Below, in pieces: positions 33,945-47,016 of a stretch of 64,000 bases of DNA (position 1 is its first letter; every line of letters begins with the position of its first letter). Source of the DNA: Penicillus capitatus (taxonomy: Eukaryota > Plantae > Chlorophyta); NCBI GenBank assembly GCA_965649825.1, contig OZ287701.1, positions 919,101 through 983,100 on the forward strand. Reading direction: 5' to 3'. The position numbers and the translations under genes are program-made. The notes below the pieces were generated by a model, which did not search any database, had not been told where the DNA came from, and was given only the letters and a program-made list of their open reading frames with translations.

Positions 33945-34792
33945 TCACGCACGATTCATGGACTGTTTGCGCCTTAGATACTCTTCGTACGTCAACGATG
34001 CCAGAGAACTGCGATAACGCGTGACATCCATCTTGGAGAGTAGATCGTAACTAATGACCGCTCGATAGCCTGACGTAACAGATCATGACGGTTGAGATGT
34101 CCAAGAGAAGAGAAGACCTGCCTGTCTTGCGAATCAGTCTTCGGATGGTCTCCTCACGCGACCAGCTGTTCTCTTCTGGAATGTGCGGAAGAAAAGTGGC
34201 ACTGCTGTGCGTCTGATTCTGTTCGTCGAAGAAGCGAATCACGATACCGTGTACACCCAATTCCCAATCCTGCAGACAGGCCATCACGCCACTGGGTCTG
34301 GCGGCGTCGATAGGTTCGTCGTACCAGCCAGTTGCTGGCGGTTTCGAAACGGAAGAGCAATGAAACACTGCAAGAGAGCAACGGAATCTCCTCCTCCCAA
34401 ATCGGATCGAAACGTCGATCTTCGAAGGCACTGGATCACGCCATCGCGATCACGTGAGATGCGGCGGCGGTGTCGAGAAGAGGCGGACAGACCTCTTGAG
34501 GGAAAACTCTTTGATACTAGAATGGAGCCATTTGGGTTGAAGACTGCCAATACATCCACGCATCTGATAGCCGTCCGCTTCTGTACAGCGCTTATCCCAC
34601 GTCACAAACACGCCACTGCGCACCAGGCGCGTTTTTGGAGAGGAGGATTTGGTGTGGATACCAATAGACATCGGGAAAAGCGGGTGGTGTCGTGCAGTTC
34701 TGTCCACGACAGCTCCAAATCAAAGCGTCAAAGCATTGCTCGCAATGCTTCTGCGTTGCCAGTGCATCGGCGTCGTGCATTGCGTTCTCCAT
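33945..34792 (-). CDS. AMMECR1: AMMECR1-family protein, multi-exon
   Basis: HCEQCFDAL, VFVTW, MRGCIGS, W.LG.HGI.I.F, SATFLP, and W...ETI..LIRKTG. Confidence 0.85.
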
Positions 34793-34929
34793 ATCGACAA
34801 GCGATCGCGTACGACGTCAGCGACGGCCACGTTGACAAAAGAACCATCTCCATTGATCTGCATTTCCGCTCATCTCCGTTTCCGTTTCTGTGATTCTCAC
34901 CTCCCGACTGCCCTCCTGCGAATTGCAGA

Positions 34930-36178
34930 ATGCCGAACGCGTCGACGCAGAAAGCGCCATGCCGCACCATCCATCCCCTTTACACTCCGAAGCCCTTTAC
35001 CTCGATGCGTGCCGCCAAGTGATACCCTATGGTCCTTAGGAGCATCCCTGATCATCGGCCCTGCTGCAGAACGCGTATTTCAGGAACGACGTTGCCTGAG
35101 ATGCCGTCCAGTAAAGAATCTTCCAAACTGGATGAGCTGTCTTACTCCAAGCAGTACGATACCATCTTCAGACAACCCCTCAATCCGAGGCGGACGGTAC
35201 CGAAGCCGTCATTCGAAGCGCAGAAACGCGAACCCGATGGCAAAAGGGTCTTACTGTCGGATGTCGTCGCCACGAAGAAGCGCACGCTGTTCAATCGGAA
35301 ATGGAATCGGACGGATCTGGGATACTTAACATTCATTCTAAGCATGCACGTCGTCGCATTGGCGGCGCCGTGGACATACTCCACCAAAATGCTCGGCTGG
35401 TTTCTTGGGGCATACTTCATAACTGGCTGCCTTGGCATCACACTGTCCTTCCACAGACAGCTCTCACATCGGAGCTTCGTCACGCCCAAGTGGCTGGAAT
35501 ACATCTTCGCTTACTGTGGTGTCCTCGCCGGACAGGGCGATCCACTTGAATGGGTCTCATCTCACAGGTCCGTCTGTGCGCATCACGCAGCGGTGTGCGA
35601 TTGTGTGATGCACTCGTGTTAGGTACCACCATCTGCATACCGACACACCCTTAGATCCGCATTCGCCTTACGAGGGGTTCTTCTGGAGTCATATGGGCTG
35701 GCTGCTGGATAATAAGGTGACGTTGGATCGGGTGGGCAATCGGAGTAATATGAATGATCTGAGCGGACAGTGGTTCTATCAGTGGTTGGCACGAACATAC
35801 ATATGGCACATGGTGGGTATGTTTGCGGTATTGTTTGCTTTGGGCGGTGTTGCGGCAGTCGTGTGGGCGGGCGCATTGCGTTTGGTCTATGTCTATCACG
35901 TGACCTGGTTCGTCAATTCGGCAGCCCATGTGTGGGGTCATCAGAAATACCGAACCAGCGATCTGTCGCGGAACAATTGGTGGGTGGCGTTGCTCGCTTT
36001 TGGCGAGGGATGGCACAACAATCACCACGCGTTTGAATTCTCGGCACGCCATGGACTGGAATGGTGGCAGTTGGATGTGACGTGGCTCTTGATTCGCGGG
36101 CTCAAAGCTGTGAATCTGGCAACGGATGTGAAGCTCCCGACCGAAGCTCAGAAGCGCAGTCTGTTGCTGTCCGACTAA
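34930..36178 (+). CDS. Plastid acyl-lipid desaturase (ADS/FAD5-like, delta-7/delta-9), 2 introns
   Basis: Three His boxes HRQLSH, HRYHH (spliced) and HNNHH, plus GLEWWQLD and a transit-peptide-like N-terminus. Confidence 0.92.
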
Positions 36179-36616
36179 TTTTTCGACGTTTTTTATTCTT
36201 AAGAACCGGACCCCTGCTGTCACATCCCATCCACATCCGCACGCGTCGCTTTCTGAAGTGACGTGAGCTATACGATGTGCATAATGAGGTACTTTATTTG
36301 AACACTCGAGCGCGTATTTGCTTCCAGCGCTGTATCTTCGTTACGCCCCGGCTGCTGTGTCCCTTTGTATTGTCTCTCTCGAGAGGAATGGATTTCCGAG
36401 TGGTGCGAAAGTACTTCTATCAAAAATGGAGAGGACACTCACTGAAGAACAACACACGGTGAGACATTCGCGACAGCGACGCGCCAACGAACGCACCGGA
36501 GGTGGCGGCGCATTGCCTCTATTGACTTGAGAAGCGTCAGACTATCCTTGCGCCTATGGCGACGCTGCCGGGGAAAGTTTGACCGAGCCGCGCGTTTCTG
36601 TACAACGCATCCGTCG

Positions 36617-38325
36617 ATGGCGTTATCATCGTATCTAAACGTATACGGTGTTGGTGTGCTGTGCAGACGTGAGATTGTGTTCTTGCTCCTCGGTGCTCAC
36701 CGTCACGCACTCGGGTTTGGAAATCTGTTGCGCCTGACGTTTATCCGAGTGCATTCCGTCATGGACGACGGCGCTATCATTGGGCTCTTCATGGACAGCG
36801 ATATGTCGCAGTTTGTGAAATTTGCGACGGCGACGCCTTCGGGCGAGATGCTGTGCGACATGAATCTGATGCAGATTATTCCGCTGATCGACAGCGACAT
36901 GTCCTCGCTCGTCGCCTATCTCAACCTGCCGCACATATTCCACGAAGTCGGCGTCGATCTGGCGTCTGCTGGTAAGGCAAAAATGTGGCGGCGCGTTTGT
37001 GTGAGAGTGATGTGACAGGTCCAGATCCAATGTCTTCGCCGGAAGCTTTCTACCTGAAGCTCCTCTGGCCGGGATACACGGAGAACGATGAAAAGTATGT
37101 CGCCATTGCTATTGCTGGCATTCTGGCAACGCGAAGCGAATCCGATCAGAACAGCATTCGACTGCCACCCTATTCGATGCACCTCACGGAAGTGGGTATG
37201 CATCTCAAAGTGCGCCGCCACACGTGATCTGTGCAGCAGTGGTCACTCTTTTCGCTACTCTCCTGTGCAGTCTTTGGAAGCGGTGGATGCATCTCTGGCT
37301 TGGGCATTGCCTGCCCTCAAAAACGAAGGACTGCGATTGGCCCGTTTCTTGGGCAAGAGTGATACAGAACGATATTTCTCTGTGACAGATTCTCCATGTC
37401 ATCACTCGGACAAAGTTGTCTCACTCAACGTCACACACATCTTGCAGGATGCAGGTTCGCATCGGCTTCTAGTCATAGACCAAAGAGTGGCTCCTTACAC
37501 TTTTGCTGTTTAGAGCGCATGTGGTCCATGCATGATGTTGGACTCTATCTGCGCGACGGAGAATTCCTTTCAGAGAACGGAGAACGGCAGGTGGTCGGCA
37601 TTGAAGAGCACATGGCCCAGGTGACGCGTCTCTGTGCAGAATCGGCCTTGAATGACGACAAAGAGAAAACGATTCCTCCAGTACATACGCACTCTCTCAC
37701 TCTTTTGCGAGGCAGCTGGTCTGTAGCTATCATTGGAGGAGACAAGATTTGTGCCGCGTCATCCATTTCCACCTCGGCATCCATCGACGGTGCTCGACGC
37801 GATGGCGCATCGTCCTCAACGAAAGGCACTGCCCTATCGAGGCGTAGATCTGCCATCGAAGAGAGCACCGCTAAGGAATCTGCCACACAATTCGACGCAG
37901 ATCTTCGGTCATTGTTCGCCGGCCCTGACATACGACGTCATACCATCGGGCACAAAATTCATGATCGCGGCACCAGCAGGAGTGGAGAACGAAGAAGAGA
38001 ACCTAAATTTCACTCCTTACTGATCGGGTCCCACGTCACATCATCTTTTCAACCATTTGCTTTACTGCTGCAGCGAAACGCTTTTACGACAGGAGACCGT
38101 CCACTCCACTCCGCTATTTTCATTCAGGTCCAGTCCTTCCTCGACATGCATGCATTAGATTGTGCGTTTTTGGACTCTGGGTGCTGTGGAATGGCACGAC
38201 AGAGAGAAGTGTTGAATAATCCGATCCGCACCGTCTATTTAACAACCAACAACCAACCAACATACGAGAGACGAGTCGTTTTGCTTACTATCTCTCGGCA
38301 GGACACCATGATCTTTGCGTTTTGA
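36617..38325 (+). CDS. Multi-exon hypothetical protein; boundaries uncertain
   Basis: Successive open frames joined by short GT-AG introns, including a 309-codon last frame. No recognisable domain. Confidence 0.5.
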
Positions 38326-39472
38326 CAACAGACAACCTTGTTTTCCTTTTTCAATGGGATTTGGGCCGTAGGAGGACTCAAAAGAGAAAACGTGTGTGTT
38401 CTTTCCTGTGTGACAGACTGCGATGGATCCTACGATAATAGGCAGGACTTCAGCATTTGTCTCGTCTGAAGGGGGTATCCGTCCAAGCAGCGCCGTGTGG
38501 CTGAGTCCTGTTCAAGTGACTTGTGCTGGATTGGGTGTGAAAAGTCTTGAGGGGTGGAGGAGGTGGGGTGGGTGGAAGTGTAGAAAGGTACTTTGTGAAA
38601 TATGCGGACAAAGAATCGTTCCCGATCGCCTGTAATCAGCTGTCAATAGATGTCTCATGCACTGCTGTCAACACACTCCAGAAACGACCCCAAAACGCGA
38701 TCTCAGTTCCTTTGCCCCTTTTACTGTGAGAAGATAAGGAATGGAGGTATTAACGAAGCGTCCTATTGAATCTGTCTAGGTAGAGAGTGAGAAAGAGCAC
38801 ATTTGTTGTGATCTGTGTTATATGAAAGTCTTCCTCTGGGAGTGCATTTGACGCAGTAGACACACTGCTTTTCTTCCCTGTGCCTTGCATCGTGCATGGA
38901 CTTGTCTGTATCATGATGCGAGCCAACACGTCTGTTAAACTTTGGATGAAACGCTGAACATAATCTGCAAACCGATCAACCGTTGCGTGAGCCAAGTGAG
39001 GAAGAAAAGACCTCTGTCCAACGAAGCTGTACGGCCAAGCGCCTACTGATGAAAATGCACCAGCTTTGGCTATCCATCGGAGGACAAGATCTAGAGAAAA
39101 GTATTCTTATTCAAAGTGTTTAAGCACCTTTACGATTGTAAACAACGAATCTCGTTTGAATGGTGGTCTTCGCTGACGAGTGGAAAAATGCGAAGATTCA
39201 TGTAAAGACGGACTCCATTCTTAGACATCCCATTAGAAACTGGGCAAAGGCTGCATGGGAGTCCGGTAGCAATCAGGTTCTCTGAATCCTAGAGGTTTAC
39301 CACTGAGCAGCGAAAAGAATAGGCAAATGACGAAACAGTTAGCATGAGCATACTAACTCAGAAAAGAAAAAAAAACCCAGTGCCATAATGCAAGCTAAGC
39401 TGGTAGCTCGATAGAAGTCTGCAGCAAAAAACACACAGGCATAGATGTGTTTAGTTCTCTATGTTTTCGTTT

Positions 39473-40678
39473 TTAAAGACCTCCATACGTCGCAACCATA
39501 AGGCTTTCTGGATATCGATACCCTTTAATTCTGTCAGCGATCTCATTCAACTTGGATATGTCGTCCTCTGTCAACTTGACATGGAAAGCCGCCACGTTCT
39601 CTTCGAAACGATCGACGTGCTTCGTTCCGGGTATTGGGAAGACGTCTTCCCCTTGAGCATGCACCCAGGCGAGAGCCACTTGTCCAGGAGTGCATCCCTT
39701 TTCTGCGGCGATGTCCTCGACGATCTTCGCCAGTTTGATGTTGTGATCAAAGTGCTCATTCAAGCGCGGAATAGACAAGCGCCAATCTCCTTCTTGGATA
39801 TCCTCCTTACTCTTTAGTTTACCTGTCAGGAGCCCACGGCCTAATGGACAGTAAGCCACGATGCCTGGTGTGACAGAAGGGCATCCCGCCTTAGCGAGTC
39901 TGAGCTAGCTGTGACACTAGGATGCTTACCTATTCCGAGCTCGCGGCAGGTGGGAACGAGCTCGTCTTCTACGTCCCTCGTGAACAGGGACCACTCCATC
40001 TGGTAGGCCGTGATCGGGCACAGGGCATGGGCCTTGCGAAGCATCTCGATGGGCATCTCCGATACGCCCACATACTTCACCTTCCCCTCCTCGACCAGCT
40101 CCTGGATGCAGCTTCGACAGAGTTTCCTACAAGAGTGGCTTGTCTTGCCTTGAAAGCGCCCATCGTCTCTTCGATCGGCGTCTTCCTGTCGTAGCGGTGA
40201 AGGTAGTAGAGATCGATGCAGTCGATGCCCAGTCGCTCCAAGGATCCTGCAATGACGTGGTCATCGCCCCAGAAGATGACCCTCTTTCCTGCAGACAGAC
40301 CTTGACAGCTCTTCTTGATGTGCTCGGCAGACGAGTCTAGACCGACTCCTTCGGGAGTATTCATGACACCACATTTCGTCGCGATCTTGAACTTTCCTTT
40401 CTTGTCGGCCGTCGCCTTGTCTGCCAGAGCACATATGTGAGAGCATTGAGCACAATGAAAGGCGTACGAATCAGCTGTTCATTCGTGTACGGGCCGTAGA
40501 AATCTGAAGTATCGAGCATGAGATCTTGGTGCTTTGCTGCCATATCGAACACGCGTAACGCTTCTGCTTGTGCCTCTTCCGTCTCGAAGCCTTTGTAAAA
40601 TCCACTCATTCCGGCGCATCCGAGTCCTTGCGCTGCGCATTCGAATCCCTGACTGCCGCATTTGCGAACGGGCAGCAT
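39473..40678 (-). CDS. Aldo-keto reductase paralog A5, 4 introns
   Basis: [43 protein letters not shown] and PIPGTK. Confidence 0.92.
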
Positions 40679-41989
40679 CTTGATTATCGCTCTTCTGAGT
40701 GAGATAGTTAGTTCTCTTTTTTGATTTCTTTTGTCACGCTTTGTTTACGTGAATGTATTAAACAGGAAGCGTCGACTGCGCTTAGAAATGAGTCTGTCTG
40801 TCCAACGTCGCGGGATTCGTTGGAACTACTTATGCAAACACAACGCCACGCCGTTAATGTTCTGATGTGACAGATGACAAGTATATCTTCGCTCATCGCG
40901 AAGCGACTTCACAATTCATGCATGCTACACAAGGTCCAGTAGTAGGCCACTGCTCCAACGTCAACTCTCCTCTTTTTTGCACTCCGGGTTCGACGGCGTC
41001 AAGTGCCGAGGGAGGCAAGAACTGAGCCCAATTTGCCAATAGTGAACCCAGAGAGAAAGCAACAGCTGCTAATAAATCAGTAATGAAAGGCCTGGAAGAA
41101 AAGGATTCGAGAGAGGGTAGCCTGGAATGCTGTCCGTTGGTAAATCAGAGAAAGATCTCAGTCCCACAAAGACACACCACTCTCAGAAGGTGAGCAGAAC
41201 GTTCAACAGTGTTCAGTCGAAAAGCGCCAAGTCGCGTCGTTTCTTCGGACTTTTTGACGGACATCAATATCAACTGTTTTCATCGTTGCTGGAAGATTTC
41301 TTTCGTGTAACCTCTTTCGCTGTTCGCGTTCGTCGACAAAACAGGGCGCGATATTCTCTCAGGTTCTGAACAGACCATGGAGACTCTGTTCTCAAGCTCT
41401 CTAAACGAATCTTGTAAACTGCTATTCCGGAAACGGTGATCAAGACGTCGTCCGACATATGTCATAAGGCAAACGACGTCATGTCGATCATAGATAACCA
41501 ATCCTTGACATCTGTTGGCTATTTTCAATGTGACCAATGTTAGAGGTCCTCGTGCGCATTGCTGGCTCGATGATCTTGGCGCATCACATCCGGATGGGAT
41601 GTCATGCTTCGCCGAGCACTGTCGGTTGTGACAAGAGATATGGGCAGGAGAGTCTCGATGCTCTCCAATCAGATTGCCGCGGAACGAGCCAAAGAGAGAA
41701 TTAAATGAGCAAAGGGTTCGGAAAATCGAACACAACTGAACCAGGTTTCCGCTATGCATAATTGGATTCACACAACTGTGAACGAATGCATAAACACAGC
41801 AAAAGTGCAAGACGACGATTGCACTCATCAACTACCACAGGATCTGTTGCGGCTGTCAGTTTCACCGAACAGACGAAGATAACGCTAAATTATTCGTAAA
41901 AACGGAGCAGATGACTGTGTTCGCACAGTCCTGCATACTTGGAATTTGAATAGGTTGTAAAGCTGCTGGAAAACCAAATGTCTACGGCA

Positions 41990-43278
41990 CTACGTGCTAT
42001 TGTATACCATGGACATGCGTTCGGCTGGCTGCTTCGTGCCCCGCACCTGATCCGCGATCCCATTCAGCTTAGCCATGTCGTCCTCCGTCAATTTCACATA
42101 GTAGGCCGCCACGTTCTCTTCGAAACGATCGACGTGCTTTGTTCCAGGAATAGGGAAGACGTCTTCCCCCTGAGCATGCACCCAGGCGAGAGCCACTTGT
42201 CCTGGAGTGCATCCCTTCTCTGCGGCGATGTCCTCAACGATCTTCACCAATTTTACGTTGTGATCGAAATGATCACTCAGACGTGGGTGCTTTTCGCGCC
42301 AGTCTCCTTTCGGAATGTCTTCCTTGTTTTTGATCGCACCAGTCAGAAATCCGCGGCCCAGCGGACTGTAAGTGACGATACCTGCAAAAGATAGCACAAA
42401 AACCTTTGCGCTGCTCCAAGATACCCTCTTACCTATTCCCAGCTCGCGGCATGTTGGAACGAGATCCTCTTCGACGTCCCTAGTGATGAGGGACCATTCC
42501 ATCTCGTAAGCAGTAACAGGACAAACGGCATGGGCCTTCCGAAGCGTGGGGATGGACACCTCGGACATACCCACGTACTTAATCTTCCCTTGGTCGATCA
42601 GCTCCTGTCGGCAGGCTTCATCTCGAATCCACGAAACGACCAATCCTACCTTGAAAGCGCCCATCGTCTCCTCGATCGGTGTCTTCTTGTCGTGGCGATG
42701 CAGATAGTAGAGATCAATGCAGTCCACTCCCAGGCGCTCCAAGGAGCCTGCAATGAAGTGGTCATAGTCTCAGGAGACGAAAAACGATGTCAACCCTGGC
42801 AGCTCTTCTTTATGAAATCGGGTGACGAATTCAGAGCAACTCCCTGTGGCAGATGGACTGAGCCGCATTTTGTTGCGATCTTGAACCTCCCTTTCCTATT
42901 GATGGTCCCCCTGTCTGCAACAAGACATCACTTCGTCGCTGCCTGCCCCAAAGAAAGAGTCTCACGAATCAGTTGCTCGTTTGTGTAGGGACCGTAGCTG
43001 TCCGACGTATCGAGCATCAAATCCTGAAACTGCGCTGCCCTGTCGAGGACCCGCAGTGCCTCGGCTTGTGCTTCGTCCGTCTCAAAGCCTTTATAGTATG
43101 CACTCATCCCGACGCAGCCAAGACCTTGCACCGCGCATTTGAAGCCTTGGCTACCGCATTCTCGAACGGGCAGTGTCTTGGCTGCGGTCCTTTGTGCAGA
43201 ACACAAAGTGCTCCGGATTCTTTTCCTGGATTTCGGATGGTAATAGAATCTGCGCCCCGAAGATGCAACGGAATACAT
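41990..43278 (-). CDS. Aldo-keto reductase paralog A6 with a ~34-aa N-terminal extension, 4 introns
   Basis: The codon homologous to the usual start is ACA (AAG ACA CTG CCC vs AAG ATG CTG CCC in A5). An in-frame ATG lies at 43278. Catalytic motifs are present. Confidence 0.88.
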
Positions 43279-44298
43279 CGCTTCTGCGTCGAAGTCTCCG
43301 GATGATTTTTTGGCGGTGCGATCGCTGATTCGGGAGATTATGCCACCTGTCGCTTAATACGACGGACGGACTGATTTGTTCTGTACTAATAATGAAACGA
43401 CGTCTCGATTAGCGCCGTCTACGATTGGTAGAACGCCAAAGAAAACTCCTGAACGTGTCTTGTCGCCGTGATCTCTTATGTTTGCACGTCACATCAGAGC
43501 TTAGCAGCAGCTCTTTCGCGTGTCGGTTTCGCTGCGTTCTTTCGTCGTCGTCGAAGCGATCGAAGTAGATTCTTTCCTTGAACGATGTCTTTGTCATTCT
43601 AAAGCCACAACTTCGTTGGTGCCAGGTGAGTTTCGATAGCACTATCGAACATTCATTGAAACGGGTGTTTTGCGCACGCGGCGAACTAGAAGTCCGGATC
43701 ATTCGGACGCATCGAGCAGATGCAAATCAACTTCTTTGTTACAAACTTGACGGCTGAAATCTCGTGAGTATGTTTTTTAGCATTACGCGACAAAGAACAA
43801 TCGTTCTGCGACACGAAGCACAACTCGCGATCTAGATTACCCGCCTGACTGACGATCTGAGGGAGAATTCCAATGCACAGAACGACTCTTACGACAGCGT
43901 CGCTCTCCGTCCATTTCATCAGGACCGTTCATTCGTGATCACCCTCATGGTTCGAAAGAAAGCAGCTAGTGTACTGCGCTCCCCGGAGAAGACTCCGGTC
44001 TTGCTAATATCACCATCGCGTCGCTTTTCACAAAATTTGAACCGAACTGGCGGCGAGAAGCATGTCGATACAGTTTGCTGAGAAGGACGTACTATCAACC
44101 ATTTAACAAACATAAAGGAGAGTAAACAATAGAGCACCGCTGATCATGTTCTCACGTTATGTCAACTTTTCTGGACGTGCTTGGGTCACCTCCGGACGAT
44201 TGAAAGCATCCATGTGACTCCTAAACTGCATATTCTTTAAGGATATATGAAATAGTAAAGGCTGCTGTTGTCATGCATTGTGATATGTCATTCGTCGT

Positions 44299-45505
44299 CT
44301 ATGGAGCATTGAATGTAATGGCCATGCGTTCTTTTGGCAGTCTCGTTCCTTTGACGCAATCTGCAATCTTGTTCAGTTTTGCTATATCCTCTTCCGTCAG
44401 CTCCACAAAGAACGCTGCGGTGTTCTCTTCGAAAGAGCTGATTCTTCTCGTTCCAGGTATGGGAAAGACATCTTCCCCCTGCGCATGCACCCAGGCAAGA
44501 GACACTTGTCCGGAAGTGCATCCCTTCTCTGCGGCGATGTCCTCAACGATCTTCACTAGTTTGATGTTGTGATCAAAGTACTCATTCAAACGCGGAAAAG
44601 ACAAGCGCCAATCTCCTTCTGGAATATCTTCCTTGCTTTTGAAAACACCTGTCAGGAGCCCACGGCCTAATGGACTGTAAGCCACGATGCCTGGTGTGAC
44701 AGAAGGGCATTCCACCTTAGCGAGTCTGAGCCAGCTGAGACACTAGGATGCTTACCTATTCCCAGCTCGCGGCAGATGGGGACGAGCTCGTCTTCTACGT
44801 CCCTTGTGAACAGGGACCACTCCATCTGGTAGGCCGTGATGGGACACAGAGCATGGGCCTTGCGAAGCGTCTCGATGGGCATCTCCGATACGCCCACATA
44901 CTTCACCTTCCCCTCCTCAACCAGCTCCTGGATACAGCTTCGACAGAGTTTCCCACAAGAGTGGCTTGTCTTGCCTTGAAAGCGCCCATCGTCTCCTCGA
45001 TCGGCGTCTTTTTGTCGTAGCGATGAAGGTAGTAGAGATCGATGCAGTCAACTCCCAGGCGCTCCAAGGATCCTGCAAGGAAGCGATCATCGACTCTTTC
45101 GATGAACCCTCTTTCCCGCAGACAGACCTTGACAGCTCTTCTTGATGTGCTCGGCAGACGAGTCTAGACCGGGTCCTTCGGGAGTGGTGACGATACCACA
45201 TTTCGTCGCGATCTTGAACTTTCCCTTCTTGTCCACCGTCGCTTTCTCTGTCAGAACACATATGTGAGTGCATTGAGCATATTGAAAGGCTTACGGATGA
45301 GCTGTTCATTCGTGTAGGGGCCGTAGAAATCTGATGTGTCGAGCATGAGATCTTGGTGCTTTGCTGCCATATCGAACACGCGTAACGCTTCTGCTTGTGC
45401 CTCTTCCGTCTCGAAGCCTTTGTAGAATCCGCTCATTCCGCCGCATCCGAGTCCTTGCGCTGCGCATTCGAATCCCAGACTGCCGCATTTGCGAACGGGT
45501 AGCAT
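44299..45505 (-). CDS. Aldo-keto reductase paralog A7 (closest to A5), 4 introns
   Basis: Full motif set. An additional in-frame upstream ATG at 45586 is possible. Confidence 0.92.
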
Positions 45506-47016
45506 CTTGAGTGTCGCTTTTCTAAAAACTGGACGACTGTCGAAAGACTTCAACTTCTGCCGTCCTTCTTTTCGTCCAGATGACACAAAGAAGGTGCGAT
45601 GAAGACACGGTTATCTTCTTTCGGTGACTTAGATAGATACTGATCTAGTCCCTACCTTGATGGAACGCGTGACGGCGCATTTAGAAGAATTTCAGAGGCT
45701 GTGACCCGACTAAGATGACACACGGGCTGAACAGCACGACGGATACATTACGCCGCTGGCACTTTGGAACGCAAAAAAGGTTCAGGTTGTCATGCGATTC
45801 ACTTTCTTATTGGAATTGTTCTGATCTACTGATTTTTTTCTTGTCGCGATAACGATTTGTACAGAAATATGTCCATATGTGATGACGACTTTGGGATTAA
45901 AGTATCATTGCGAATGGTGTGCAGATATTCTGCTATTTGTAATTCATACTTTAAGAAGATCACTCGTCTGTAAACTGCGAAAATTATCTCATGATTTCAA
46001 AGTGAGCAAAGAGAGGAGACCCTTTGAGGACGGGTTAAGTCTTGCACGTACTCAGGAAGGAAAAATACAACAGTCATGCAAGTATGGCTGTCAGAATTTA
46101 TCCCGCTGGACTACATGCCATTATGTTGCGGTCGATACAAGAGTGTTTTCGACTAATTTGACACAGTTTACTGACTGCACTGTTTAGATGTTTCATCATT
46201 ATCCTTGACGGAGCATGCACGTGTTGATTCAAACGTCATGTGAATGCAGAAATCTCGTCTTAAACACAAGAAGAACTTGTGCACAGATATGTATCTGATC
46301 TTTTCTTGATGGAAGTGACCAGTGGACCAGACCTTGTTGTAAATAAACTTGAATGTTGTAAGATTGTGGACGGTGAGCACTTCAGGTTTGCTGTAAATGT
46401 TTGATCGTCGACTGATTGGCATGGGAAGTAGCGATACTATGTACGCACAAGAATTTTTCCTCGTGTAGATCATTATCCATTTGAGCATGTCGTGAATTTG
46501 CTAACGTTCTAGCGGCATTCTTAGTTGCAGCATTGAACGTGGAACCATCCTGTCGCTTTGTGACGCATTGTCGATGTCAAGAACACACATTTCTTGCAAG
46601 TGTGAGTACATTTTCGGCCGATGGAGTCAATGACAATTGAGCCACACGTTTCGGTTGTGTTATGCTAAAAATGCCGTCTCACACACTGCCGTCCGTGTCA
46701 GCACGTAGGCAAACAGAGCATCGCGAGAAACCGGAGAACAACTAAAGCGAATCTTCAAGAATAACAACTGCCTGTACAAGACGGGATTCATCTAGTCGTG
46801 TCGATTGTCCAAACTTGGCCATTTCTGATAGGTAGGTAGATAAGGAGACGCTTAAAGCATCGCAAATCGTCTTCGTCAGACAAACAAATACGTCAAAAGA
46901 GTCGTTTGCTGCATCATTGAAGCACATGCTGACTGACTTGAACAAATCATGTTAAGTGTCGACGTGTCTCGATCACTATTGTTTTGCGCACGTTTACTTG
47001 GAGAGTGCTCATTCGA

